DNA of 64,000 bases. It comes from Candidatus Levyibacteriota bacterium. Lineage in GTDB: Bacteria > Patescibacteriota > Microgenomatia > Levybacterales > UBA12049. This document shows, one piece after another, positions 1 through 9,520 of the stretch. Made by a program: the position numbers and the translations under genes. The DNA is taken from contig JBPOIT010000008.1 of assembly GCA_052034235.1 (NCBI GenBank), forward strand, positions 532 through 64,531, given 5' to 3'. The notes beneath the pieces are model-generated. The model searched no databases and was not told the origin of the DNA. It saw nothing but the letters and a program-made list of their open reading frames with translations. Numbering within the stretch: the stretch's first letter is position 1; every line of letters begins with the position of its first letter.

Positions 1-450
1 GTTATCAATCGAATTACCTGTTCCTCTATACGCACGCTCCTCATATTCCTCAAAGATTCGCATAGAAAGTGTCTCTTCACCTTGCGGTAAATGCTGCTTA
101 TAAGGAGACCTACAAAAAACAAGCAGTTCTCGAACAGTAGCCGCTGTTGCATAACCATATTCTCCCTCCGCTTGAATATGTTCATCTTGTATGTCAAGAA
201 CACCTACGATTCCTTCTCCTTTGTAAAAACTAATTTTTGATACAGGAACAGTACTAAATTGAATTATGTCAGGGTCTGCTACCAGCTCGGGGAAATTCCA
301 TTCTTGTCGTGGGGCAGTAACAAATGTTACACCTTCTCCCTGAAATGATCCGTCTATTCTTAAACGCTCGGCGATTGGTTGGTAATACGCTAACTCAGGT
401 GCTTTATGATAAACGGGAATTAAGGGAGTTAGACGCAGGAATTCACTCAT
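1..450 (-). CDS. hypothetical protein, N-terminal part only (gene runs off the window start)
   Basis: Minus-strand reading frame open from an ATG at 450 to the window edge, about 150 codons (MSEFLRLTPLIPVYHKAPELAYYQ...). It is absent from the ORF track only because no stop lies in the window. No recognisable family. Confidence 0.4.
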   Translation of the reverse strand, partial: MSEFLRLTPLIPVYHKAPELAYYQPIAERLRIDGSFQGEGVTFVTAPRQEWNFPELVADPDIIQFSTVPVSKISFYKGEGIVGVLDIQDEHIQAEGEYGYATAATVRELLVFCRSPYKQHLPQGEETLSMRIFEEYEERAYRGTGNSIDN

Positions 451-499
451 ATGAAATTATGAGCTATTATACCTGAAGCGATTATAGTATACTAGCGAT

Positions 500-1120
500 A
501 TGACACCTGAAGAAAAAGTTATTGAAATTAATAAGCGGTTGACCAAAGTGTATCCCAAACCGAAAATCGCACTTGATTTTACGACACCGATAGAGCTCCT
601 TGTTGCAACAATTATGTCAGCTCAAACCACTGACAAATTGGTTAATACACTTACACCCGCGCTTTTTAAAAAATATCCAACAGCCAAAGACTATGCAGAA
701 GCTGATGTTGAGGATATAAGACAATTAATTAGCAAAGTAAATTTTGCAGGCAACAAAGCCAAAAATATTAAAGCTGCCGCACAAATTATTGTTGAAAAAC
801 ACAACGGAAACGTCCCTGATACTATGGAAGAACTTGACGCACTTCCAGGTGTTGCGAGAAAAACGGCAAATGTTGTTTTGGGTCAGGCATTTCACAAAGC
901 GGAAGGCATTGTTATTGACACACACATGATCCGCATGTCAAACAAACTTGGTTTAACAACACAAAAAGACCCAGTGAAAATTGAACAGGACTTAATGAAA
1001 ATTATCCCAAAAGAAGAATGGATCGTTTTCGCCGCACGTCTTATTCTTTACGGTCGACATATATGTACTGCTAGACCACACGAAGAAACTGAATGCTTCC
1101 TGAAGGATTTATACGTGTAA
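500..1120 (+). CDS. nth: endonuclease III-like DNA glycosylase (HhH-GPD)
   Basis: HhH-GPD hallmarks are present (LPGVARKTANVVL, DTHMIRM). The C-terminus has only a C-x8-C pair, not the full C-x6-C-x2-C-x5-C iron-sulfur loop. Confidence 0.75.
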   Translation: MTPEEKVIEINKRLTKVYPKPKIALDFTTPIELLVATIMSAQTTDKLVNTLTPALFKKYPTAKDYAEADVEDIRQLISKVNFAGNKAKNIKAAAQIIVEKHNGNVPDTMEELDALPGVARKTANVVLGQAFHKAEGIVIDTHMIRMSNKLGLTTQKDPVKIEQDLMKIIPKEEWIVFAARLILYGRHICTARPHEETECFLKDLYV

Positions 1121-1124
1121 CTTT

Positions 1125-2942
1125 TTAGAGTAAACCTTGGGCTTTCATGCGACGGGCGAGGACTTCGTCTAAGATTTTCTTTCTGATTCTGATATTGAGT
1201 GGTGTTACTTCAACAAGTTCGTCGTCATTTACAAATTCGAGTGAATCTTCAAGATCCATAATTTTTGGAACATTAAAATGTTCCATGCCACCATCACCTT
1301 TTGAACGCATGTTTGAGAGAGCTTTTGCTTTGGTGACATTCACTGTCATATCTTCACTTCTCGCATTTTCACCAACAACTTGTCCTTTATACACTTGTAC
1401 ACCAGGTCCAATAAAAAGCAAACCTCGCTCTTGAATGTTGGTTAACCCGTAGAGATTTGATTGTCCATTTTCACTTGCGATAAGTGATCCACGCTCACGT
1501 TTGATTGGTGCACCAGTATCTATATCAAATTTTTCAAAGTTGGTGTTAATAATACCTAAACCTCGAGTATCAGTAATAAATTCACTTCTGTATCCAAATA
1601 ACGCACTGGTTGGCATGATAAATTCGAAATAGACAATATTATTGTCATCTGTGGTCATATTCTCTAGAACAGCTTTTCTCACACCCATCTTTTGCATAAC
1701 AATTCCTGAATAATCTTGTGGTGCTTCTAAAAAGACTCGTTCAAATGGTGCCATCATTTTTCCATCAATTTTTTTCATAATAACCTGCGGGCGACTCACC
1801 TGAAATTCATAACCTTCGCGTCGCATGCGTTCAATCAAAATTGCTAAATGGAGTTCACCACGTCCTGAGACAAGCCATTTTCCGTCTTCAGTATCTTCAA
1901 CCCGAAGTGCAGTATCTGTTTCAAGTTCTTTAAACAGTCGCTCTCTAATTTGACGTGATGTTTTAAATTCACCTTCTTGTCCGGCAAATGGAGAATCGTT
2001 GACACTGAAAGTCATTTTCACTGTCGGCTCTTCAATTGCAAGAAGTGGCAATGCCACAGGATTAGTAACATCGGCAATTGTTTCACCGATTGTGATATCT
2101 GGAATACCTGAAATTGCCACAATATCTCCGGCAGGTACTTCTGTAGCGTCGACACGTCCCAATCCTTCAAACGTCATAAGTGAAGTAAGACGATGTTTTT
2201 TCATGTTTCCATCTCGCTGAATGTGCATGATTTCTTGACCGGCAGTTACTGTACCGTTATAAACACGACCGATTGCGATTCTTCCCTTATAATCATCACG
2301 ACCAAGCGTTGTCATTAGCAGTTGGAGTGGAGCCGTAGGATCACCAGATGGTGCTGGGACATATTTAAGAATTGCTTCAAAAATAGGGGAGATATCTGTC
2401 ATTGTTGTAAGATCCGGTTCAAGACCAGCTTTTCCTACTTTAGCTGACGCGTAAACGATAGGAAAATCAGCTGTCTCATCATCAGCACCAAGTTCTAAAA
2501 AGAGATCAAGCGTTTTATCATGAACATGGTGAATTCGCGCATCTGATTTATCGATTTTATTAACAACAACAATAATCTTTAATTTCTTTTCCAAAGCCTT
2601 CTTCAAAACAAATCGTGTTTGTGGCATAGGACCTTCTTTCGCATCAACCAGCAGCAAACAGCCATCTGCCATACTTAAAACTCTTTCAACTTCACCGCCA
2701 AAATCAGCATGCCCTGGGGTATCGATGATATTAATTTTGGTACCCTCCCAGTCAACCGATGCATTTTTTGAAAAAATGGTAATACCACGTTCGCGCTCTA
2801 GGTCATTACTATCCATGATCAGATCAGAGGATTCATTGTCTTTTCCAAGCTTTGTCTTTGACTGTCTCAAAAGCGCGTCAACGAGCGTTGTTTTGCCGTG
2901 ATCAACGTGAGCGATTATGCCTATATTTCGTATATTATTCAT
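1125..2942 (-). CDS. typA: translational GTPase TypA/BipA
   Basis: N-terminus IGIIAHVDHGKTTLVDALL with G1-G4 motifs. Length about 605 aa from the internal Met; the ORF-track start at 2972 is probably an N-terminal over-extension. Confidence 0.9.
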   Translation of the reverse strand: MNNIRNIGIIAHVDHGKTTLVDALLRQSKTKLGKDNESSDLIMDSNDLERERGITIFSKNASVDWEGTKINIIDTPGHADFGGEVERVLSMADGCLLLVDAKEGPMPQTRFVLKKALEKKLKIIVVVNKIDKSDARIHHVHDKTLDLFLELGADDETADFPIVYASAKVGKAGLEPDLTTMTDISPIFEAILKYVPAPSGDPTAPLQLLMTTLGRDDYKGRIAIGRVYNGTVTAGQEIMHIQRDGNMKKHRLTSLMTFEGLGRVDATEVPAGDIVAISGIPDITIGETIADVTNPVALPLLAIEEPTVKMTFSVNDSPFAGQEGEFKTSRQIRERLFKELETDTALRVEDTEDGKWLVSGRGELHLAILIERMRREGYEFQVSRPQVIMKKIDGKMMAPFERVFLEAPQDYSGIVMQKMGVRKAVLENMTTDDNNIVYFEFIMPTSALFGYRSEFITDTRGLGIINTNFEKFDIDTGAPIKRERGSLIASENGQSNLYGLTNIQERGLLFIGPGVQVYKGQVVGENARSEDMTVNVTKAKALSNMRSKGDGGMEHFNVPKIMDLEDSLEFVNDDELVEVTPLNIRIRKKILDEVLARRMKAQGLL

Positions 2943-3008
2943 AATTAAAAAAACCCCGCGCTGCGAGGCCATATAATGATACCATTTTACCCTATAAATA
3001 GCAATTTT

Positions 3009-3236
3009 TTACTTTTTTGACTTTTTAAAGCCCCACGAAATTTTATTCCAATATTCTTCGTGAAGATAGTAAAGTACCATAGCAACAGCGTTTCTAATGA
3101 TTGTAACCGTTAATGCCAACTGTAATTCTCTTGTTATTGCATAGACAATGATGCCATCTGCTGTAAGAATAAGAATACGAAACGTTAACGACTTTAAAGC
3201 GATACGTTTATTGGATTCAATTAGTCGGGCAAGCAT
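3009..3236 (-). CDS. small hypothetical membrane protein
   Basis: 75-aa ORF with hydrophobic segments, same strand as neighbours. No family recognised. Confidence 0.3.
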   Translation of the reverse strand: MLARLIESNKRIALKSLTFRILILTADGIIVYAITRELQLALTVTIIRNAVAMVLYYLHEEYWNKISWGFKKSKK

Positions 3237-3241
3237 GTTTT

Positions 3242-3511
3242 TTATTCTTCCTCTTCACGTTTGTGAACGTCAACTTGCCAATCATTGATAAGATATGCTG
3301 CAAGTCCAAGAGTTGCGATAATCGGGAGCGCTACTGCAGCAGCAATCCCTAATGTCATTGGAAAAGAAACAAATGGTCGTTGCTGTCTGTCTTTAATCGT
3401 CACATGGCGTTTATGACTTTCACGAGCGAGATGATTTACTTTATCTAAAACTCTTTGCGTATGAGCTTTGAGTTTTTCTTTATCTATTTTTTCTTTAATT
3501 GGTAGTTTCAT
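3242..3511 (-). CDS. hypothetical membrane protein
   Basis: 89-aa ORF with a charged N-terminus and one predicted TM helix (LGIAAAVALPIIATLGLAAYL). Confidence 0.4.
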   Translation of the reverse strand: MKLPIKEKIDKEKLKAHTQRVLDKVNHLARESHKRHVTIKDRQQRPFVSFPMTLGIAAAVALPIIATLGLAAYLINDWQVDVHKREEEE

Positions 3512-3531
3512 AGTTAAACAAACAGTTAAAC

Positions 3532-4353
3532 TTAATCACTCTTTTTTATTTTGCGTGCACCATCGACAATGCCATCCAGATCAGTATGTATTTCCATAGT
3601 CACCAAACCTTTATATTCCTCTCTATGTAGTAAATCAATAAATTCTTTCATTGGCAACATCCCTTTCCCAAGCGGCATATGTTTAAACCTCATAGGGCGC
3701 AGAGAATTATTAAACATGTGATGTTTGTAATCACTCAAGTGAATATTGACAATGTTTTCTTTGTTCTTTTTGAAGAATTTAATAATATCTCCGCCTGATT
3801 GTGCTAAATGACACGTATCAAGTGTCATAGAAAATCCAGCATTTTTGACAAATTCAGGAAATGATTCTTCATGCCAACCGTATTTACTGTTAAGATTCCA
3901 AAATTGTTTTTCACGATTCTCAAATCCAACGGTAATGCCATATTTTTCCTGAAGTTCGTGCAGTTTTGCAATGTATTTTTTATCGAACAATTGCTTCCCA
4001 ACAGTACTCATGTGCAGTACTATTACTTTAGCACCAAGGAGTTCTGCCTGATGAAAAAGCTCTGAGACCTCATCAATTTTTGTTTTCGTAAAGAAACGTA
4101 ATTTTTGATGTAAGCTTAGTACAGGCATATGATAGGTTTCGAGTATTTCCTTTAAATTAATAAGTTCTTTATCTGAAATAACACTAAATTGAGGAAGGAG
4201 GATTTCTACGCCATCAATCCCTGCTTTTTTTAACGTTTTAAAAACATGTTCGCGGGTTTGTCCGTTAAAGACCTTATTCTTAATAATTGCCCCATAAAGC
4301 CTGCGTTTTTCAGGCATAATTTCAGTTAAAAACAGCAGAGCTGAAGTTTTCAT
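3532..4353 (-). CDS. sugar phosphate isomerase/epimerase (xylose-isomerase-like TIM barrel)
   Basis: 273 aa with the general pattern of AP-endonuclease-2 / xylose-isomerase-like TIM-barrel proteins (GVEIL, HLSDY). Family call from overall similarity only. Confidence 0.55.
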   Translation of the reverse strand: MKTSALLFLTEIMPEKRRLYGAIIKNKVFNGQTREHVFKTLKKAGIDGVEILLPQFSVISDKELINLKEILETYHMPVLSLHQKLRFFTKTKIDEVSELFHQAELLGAKVIVLHMSTVGKQLFDKKYIAKLHELQEKYGITVGFENREKQFWNLNSKYGWHEESFPEFVKNAGFSMTLDTCHLAQSGGDIIKFFKKNKENIVNIHLSDYKHHMFNNSLRPMRFKHMPLGKGMLPMKEFIDLLHREEYKGLVTMEIHTDLDGIVDGARKIKKSD

Positions 4354-4441
4354 ATGGTAAAAATATTATACATAATAAATAAGGCTTTGCCAAAGTGTTC
4401 GTTTGACATTTTTTGGTAGTTGGAGTACTGTGTAAATACTT

Positions 4442-4771
4442 ATGCCTAGGAAATCATATTCACCATTTGGAAAATATTTTAATAAACTTGACGAAATTGA
4501 CAAGGATCTTAAAAACACCGAAGAATTTGGCTCATTTCTCATTCTGAGTCTCGTTGAAGAAGTAGGGGAGATGGCAAGAGCTTATCTTGCCAAACACGGC
4601 CGAAAACCCACGAATAAAGCTGCGCAACAGGATGAAACTTATAAACAGGAACTGGGAGATATTTTAGTTGCAATTATTCGTTTTGCCAGAATTAAAAATA
4701 TAAATCTTGATTCACGAATTATGTATACGTTAAAGAAAATTGAGAAGAGAAAAACAAATCCAAAGGTTTGA
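4442..4771 (+). CDS. MazG-like nucleotide pyrophosphohydrolase domain protein
   Basis: EExGE-type motif (LVEEVGEMARAY) and an all-helical 109-aa protein typical of the MazG family. Confidence 0.55.
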   Translation: MPRKSYSPFGKYFNKLDEIDKDLKNTEEFGSFLILSLVEEVGEMARAYLAKHGRKPTNKAAQQDETYKQELGDILVAIIRFARIKNINLDSRIMYTLKKIEKRKTNPKV

Positions 4772-4773
4772 AA

Positions 4774-5730
4774 TCAGGATTTGTGTGTGTGTTTTCTCCC
4801 ACCAATTTTTGTATATTTGATAACAAACCACATAATCGCTCCCAGTACAAAAATAACACCAAACGCGACTCCTACAAATTGAGGCATTGATAATTTACTC
4901 TCGGTTTTTCCAGCACGTTCAGCTGCTTGTTCATACGTGCCAACTGTTACTAAAAGGTTCTTTTCGCTGTTAAACGGAGAAAACTGAAGTTTATCATTTT
5001 TATTTTCAGCGATAAATCCGATGTCTGCGATAAAACCATTGGCATCAATCACTCGATGAAAAATCTGTTCAACACCTAATGTTTCAGCTTTTTCAAATCG
5101 TCGTTGGACTGAAATCCCTTCCAAAAGTTTGCCATCACCAAAATCCCAAAGATACTTTTCTATTTTTGTCGATGCATCTGACCCGCCATCTGATAAAAGA
5201 AATACATTTTTTTTCAAATCATCATATTGTGTTCCCAGAAAAACTGACGCGTAAGGGAGTTGATATGACTGCTCAGGAACAATATTTATTTGCACTGTAT
5301 CGATGAGAATAAAATCTGAATCTTTCGGTAATTTGGCCTCAATTATGACAAGGTATGAACCTGGTTTCTTAAATGTTTTTGACAAAGAATTTACCGTTGA
5401 TGATTCATTTTGTTTGTTTTCAAAGTTATCACCCGTTGCGATAGACCAGCGGAAACGAATGTCCTTTGCTAATTCAGCGGGTACCGTTGTCGCTTTCATA
5501 AGTTCCGCAACATCAACAATAAAATTTACAGGAATGTTCACAAGATACGTTTCGGGCGGTAAATCCCAGGGGATCGTAAAGGTTGATGCACCTTGGTTTA
5601 GCGGATTTGTGTCTGCATCTTTCCCATTTACTTTAAGAAAAGGCGGACCTCCCCCGAGATGGGCAAAAACTGTAACATGAGAATTTGCAAAGAAAAATAC
5701 GATTATAAAAGCAATGAGTACTCTTTTCAT
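4774..5730 (-). CDS. hypothetical secreted protein with C-terminal membrane anchor
   Basis: N-terminal signal peptide and a C-terminal TM helix with a basic tail. No LPxTG motif and no recognisable domain. Confidence 0.45.
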   Translation of the reverse strand: MKRVLIAFIIVFFFANSHVTVFAHLGGGPPFLKVNGKDADTNPLNQGASTFTIPWDLPPETYLVNIPVNFIVDVAELMKATTVPAELAKDIRFRWSIATGDNFENKQNESSTVNSLSKTFKKPGSYLVIIEAKLPKDSDFILIDTVQINIVPEQSYQLPYASVFLGTQYDDLKKNVFLLSDGGSDASTKIEKYLWDFGDGKLLEGISVQRRFEKAETLGVEQIFHRVIDANGFIADIGFIAENKNDKLQFSPFNSEKNLLVTVGTYEQAAERAGKTESKLSMPQFVGVAFGVIFVLGAIMWFVIKYTKIGGRKHTHKS

Positions 5731-5733
5731 ATT

Positions 5734-6672
5734 TTAACGAAATAACTCGTAACCGACAAAACCTATATATGCACAAAGCATAAAAATACCATTGGTTCTG
5801 GAAATATAATTTTTGGTTAAAAATAAAGCATAAAAAACAAATATCGCTGATGCAATAAGGAGATATGTTACAAGGAAATTATTAACAGTGAGTACTTCGC
5901 CGTTACTAAGAATAGTAAATAAACCAAACAGAAATGTATTTGCCGCCGCAGATCCCATATAATCTCCCATGGCTATATCTTTTTTACCTGTAACAACTGC
6001 TCGTGCAGCAAGTGAAAGTTCTGGCAAATTCGTTCCAACTGAGATTGCAATTAAGCTGATATAAAAGGCTGAAACATGAAAAAATTCCGCAAAGTAAAGC
6101 GTTTTGTCGACAATAAGATTACTTGAAACAAAAACGAGTCCAACACCAACAAGAATTTTAATGAGATCATTAAAAGAAAAAGCCCGTGAATTGAGCAGAT
6201 CTAAATTTGATTTATCAAAAAATCCATGTTTGCGCTCGACAAGGATTAACAAAACAAAATACAATATCAACATCACAACCCCTTCTGCTGTCGTGACTTG
6301 CTTATCCAAGATTAGAAGTGAAGGAGTAATTATAACCCCAAAAGTTGCAAGAAGCGTTCCGTGATCCATCTCATGTTTTAGGCTGATTCCATTACCAAAA
6401 ATAGCAAGTAGGGGAATAACAAAAAGCATAATGACGGGGATACCGCCCAAAAGATTTCCAACAAAAATCTCAGGATCATGCTGCGCAATTGACTGCACAC
6501 CAACAGCAAATTCAGGAGTTGAGGTTAATAACCCGAGGAGCACAAATGACACAGCAAATGAGGAGAGTTTGAAACGCTTTGAAAATCTACTGACAGAACT
6601 GATAATTAGTCCGGCACCAAACCAAATCACAACAAAAGAGAGGATAAAAATACATATGTTTACAGCAAGCAT
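5734..6672 (-). CDS. Ca2+/Na+ antiporter (CaCA / YrbG family)
   Basis: Two alpha-repeat regions including GTNLPELSLAARAV, and about 10 TM helices. Confidence 0.7.
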   Translation of the reverse strand: MLAVNICIFILSFVVIWFGAGLIISSVSRFSKRFKLSSFAVSFVLLGLLTSTPEFAVGVQSIAQHDPEIFVGNLLGGIPVIMLFVIPLLAIFGNGISLKHEMDHGTLLATFGVIITPSLLILDKQVTTAEGVVMLILYFVLLILVERKHGFFDKSNLDLLNSRAFSFNDLIKILVGVGLVFVSSNLIVDKTLYFAEFFHVSAFYISLIAISVGTNLPELSLAARAVVTGKKDIAMGDYMGSAAANTFLFGLFTILSNGEVLTVNNFLVTYLLIASAIFVFYALFLTKNYISRTNGIFMLCAYIGFVGYELFR

Positions 6673-6701
6673 AATTTAAAGTATATTATTATACTACTCC
6701 C

Positions 6702-7991
6702 ATGAAACCTTTTTATAAACTACTTGCAACAGCACTTCTCGTAACTACCACAAATAATATTGTTTGGTTTGCCTTAACGTTCTGGGTTTATTTAGAGACT
6801 AAAAATGTGATCTCAACATCTATTGTAGCAGGTGTTTATTTAGTTGCCGCTGCATTATCTAGTTTTTGGTTTGGCTCACTTGTTGATCATCACCGAAAAA
6901 AATATGTCATGCTTGCATCTAGTGCTGCAACGCTCATATGCTTTGCTTTAGGTTTACTTTTATATACAGTTACTCCAGAAAACGCATTTCTTTCCGTTGC
7001 AAGTCCTTCGCTTTGGTTATTTATTATAATGCTACTTTCCGGCACAGTTGCGGGAAATATTTATGGCATAGCAATCCCCACACTCGTAACAGTACTCGTT
7101 CCTGAGAAAAACCATGACAAAGCCAACGGTCTCTTTGGAAGTATGATGGGCGTAGGGTTTGCGCTTACCTCTGTTGCCAGTGGATTTATTTTGGCTTTTG
7201 GCGGGATGAAGGCAGTATTGATCATTGCATGTAGTCTTACGCTCATTGCACTTATTGTTTTGTCACTTTTTACAATTCCAGAGAAAAAAATAATTCATAC
7301 TGCTGATAAACCTAAAAAAATTGATATCAAAGGTACCATAAAAGCGATACGCGATATTCCTGGACTCTTGGCACTTATTCTTTTTAACACCTTTAATAAC
7401 TTTCTCGGCGGCGTTTTCATGGCGCTTATGGATGCGTATGGATTATCACTTGTATCAGTTCAAACCTGGGGAACTATGTGGGGTGTTTTAAGTTTGGGTT
7501 TTATTATTGGAGGACTACTTGTTGCTCGTTTTGGACTTGGCAAAAATCCTATTAAAACGCTTTTTCGAATAAATATTCTCTTGTGGATCGTTTGTGCGAT
7601 TTTTACTATTCAAGCATCCATTGTTTTGCTTTTTGTTGGCATGATGGTCTATATGATTCTTGTACCATTTGTTGAAGCAACTGAACAAACAATTATTCAA
7701 AAAGTTGTACCTCATGAACGCCAAGGTCGTGTATTTGGATTTGCTCAAAGTACTGAACAAGCAGCATCACCACTGACTGCCTTTATGATTGGGCCGATTG
7801 CCCAACTTATTTTTATACCTTTTATGACAACCGGCACTGGTGTACAGTTAATAGGTGATTGGTTTGGAGTAGGAATTGGCAGAGGACTCGCACTTGTGTT
7901 TATTGTTACTGGTATAATAGGTCTTATCGTAACGCTCATTGCAATGCGCTCCGAATCATATAAATTGCTCGCCGCAAAATATAGAGAATAA
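6702..7991 (+). CDS. MFS transporter
   Basis: 429 aa, about 12 TM helices, MFS-type loop motifs. Confidence 0.7.
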   Translation: MKPFYKLLATALLVTTTNNIVWFALTFWVYLETKNVISTSIVAGVYLVAAALSSFWFGSLVDHHRKKYVMLASSAATLICFALGLLLYTVTPENAFLSVASPSLWLFIIMLLSGTVAGNIYGIAIPTLVTVLVPEKNHDKANGLFGSMMGVGFALTSVASGFILAFGGMKAVLIIACSLTLIALIVLSLFTIPEKKIIHTADKPKKIDIKGTIKAIRDIPGLLALILFNTFNNFLGGVFMALMDAYGLSLVSVQTWGTMWGVLSLGFIIGGLLVARFGLGKNPIKTLFRINILLWIVCAIFTIQASIVLLFVGMMVYMILVPFVEATEQTIIQKVVPHERQGRVFGFAQSTEQAASPLTAFMIGPIAQLIFIPFMTTGTGVQLIGDWFGVGIGRGLALVFIVTGIIGLIVTLIAMRSESYKLLAAKYRE

Positions 7992-7996
7992 TAGGT

Positions 7997-8662
7997 ATGA
8001 ATGAAATCAAAATTGATCCGACTTGGAAAAAAGCTCTTAAACCACAATTTAGTGAAGAATACTGGATAAAACTAACCACCTTCGTTCGCGAAGAATACCA
8101 AACAAAAACTGTCTATCCGCCTGGAAAAAATATCTTTCGTGCATTTGATCTTTGTCCATTTGATAAGGTGAAAGTTGTCATCGTTGGTCAGGATCCTTAT
8201 CACGGTTTAAAACAAGCAAACGGATTGTCCTTTTCAGTAAACGACGGCATGCGCCTTCCTCCATCTCTTCAAAATATTTATCAGGAGATTAGAAATGATT
8301 TAGGTGTTACTCCTTCAACTTCGGGAGATTTGACTCGTTGGGCTGAACAAGGAGTTTTGATGCTTAATAGCGTACTTACAGTGTTAGCGGGAAGTCCTGC
8401 CTCACATGCAGGGAAGGGTTGGGAAACGTTTACTGATGCCACCATTCAAGCTTTAAACGCTCAGAAAAAGCATGTCGTCTATATGTTGTGGGGGAAATAT
8501 GCGCAAAATAAAGGGCTTGTGATTGACAGAGAAAACAATCTCGTTCTTACATCAGCACACCCGTCGCCATATTCTGTTTCACTTTTTTATAATCAACACC
8601 ACTTTAGTAAATGTAATGACTATTTAAAGAAACACGATATAACTCCTATTGATTGGACTTAA
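7997..8662 (+). CDS. ung: uracil-DNA glycosylase (family 1)
   Basis: VVIVGQDPYHG water-activating loop, GLSFSV and HPSP motifs. 221 aa. Confidence 0.85.
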   Translation: MNEIKIDPTWKKALKPQFSEEYWIKLTTFVREEYQTKTVYPPGKNIFRAFDLCPFDKVKVVIVGQDPYHGLKQANGLSFSVNDGMRLPPSLQNIYQEIRNDLGVTPSTSGDLTRWAEQGVLMLNSVLTVLAGSPASHAGKGWETFTDATIQALNAQKKHVVYMLWGKYAQNKGLVIDRENNLVLTSAHPSPYSVSLFYNQHHFSKCNDYLKKHDITPIDWT

Positions 8663-9389
8663 CGTGAAGTTGTGAAGCTTGTTTCAATAATTGGATTTCT
8701 TTTCTTGTGAGTTCACGGAATTTACCTACACCAATACCTTCTTTGCCAATTGGTCCGAATTTCACTCGATCAAGTTCCAACAGTTTGACCCCCACAGTTT
8801 CACACATTCTTCTAATCTGTCTATTTTTCCCTTCATGCAGCGTTATTTCAAGAAGTGTCACTCCTAATTTTTCTTTTAATATCGTTACTTTTGCAGGGGA
8901 GGTAATACCATCATCAAGCAACACACCATTACGAAGCGCATTCAGTTGTGATTTTTCAATTCGTCCTGCAATGACTAATCGGTAAACTTTATAGACATGA
9001 TACCTCGGGTGCGCAAGTAAATTCGTCAGTGTACCGTCGTTTGTTAAAATAATAAGTCCAGTCGTCTCTTTATCCAGTCGTCCAACAGGATAGATACGTT
9101 CTTTTGTCGGAATAAGTGCTGTGACATTCTTACGACCAAACTCGTCAGCTGTTGTTGAAACAACACCTTTCGGTTTATTCAAAAGAAAATACAACGGTTT
9201 GGGAGCACGAATCGGTTTGCCATTAAGTCGTATGTCATCGGCATGGGGGATAATCCGTGTTCCTGATTCTTTCACACGTATTCCATTTACGGTAACATTT
9301 TGATGTTTCAACACATTTGCCACTTCGCGCCTTGAACAAATGCCCAAATTAGCGAGATATTTATTTAATCTAATTGTATTTTCTTCCAT
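8646..9389 (-). CDS. rRNA pseudouridine synthase, RsuA/RluB family
   Basis: N-terminal S4 domain (RLNKYLANLGICSRREV) plus the catalytic VGRLD motif. Confidence 0.8.
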   Translation of the reverse strand: MEENTIRLNKYLANLGICSRREVANVLKHQNVTVNGIRVKESGTRIIPHADDIRLNGKPIRAPKPLYFLLNKPKGVVSTTADEFGRKNVTALIPTKERIYPVGRLDKETTGLIILTNDGTLTNLLAHPRYHVYKVYRLVIAGRIEKSQLNALRNGVLLDDGITSPAKVTILKEKLGVTLLEITLHEGKNRQIRRMCETVGVKLLELDRVKFGPIGKEGIGVGKFRELTRKEIQLLKQASQLHVKSNQ

Positions 9390-9520
9390 ATCGCTTCTTA
9401 TTATACCAGTTCAGCCTTTTTTCTCTTAATTATCCCACTCTTAAACCCAAAATTGCATATGAATTTTTCTGAATGTTGACATTCTCAGCCATATATTATT
9501 AACTTAATGTAGGCTACAAA

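Noticed and set aside
725-929. Antisense and overlapping short ORFs inside nth (725..925 -, 744..929 +), and similar internal ORFs throughout. Examples: 1147..1434, 5079..5680, 6104..6679, 11515..11868, 18202..18740, 31394..31756, 37357..38424, 52693..53442.
   Set aside because: They lie entirely within longer ORFs that have clear family signatures. They have low-complexity or atypical composition and no RBS or domain support, so they are treated as frame-shadow artefacts.
2946-2975. GC-rich run AAAAAACCCCGCGCTGCGAGG upstream of typA, considered as a terminator.
   Set aside because: Only a 3-bp potential stem and no T-run. Not a convincing hairpin.
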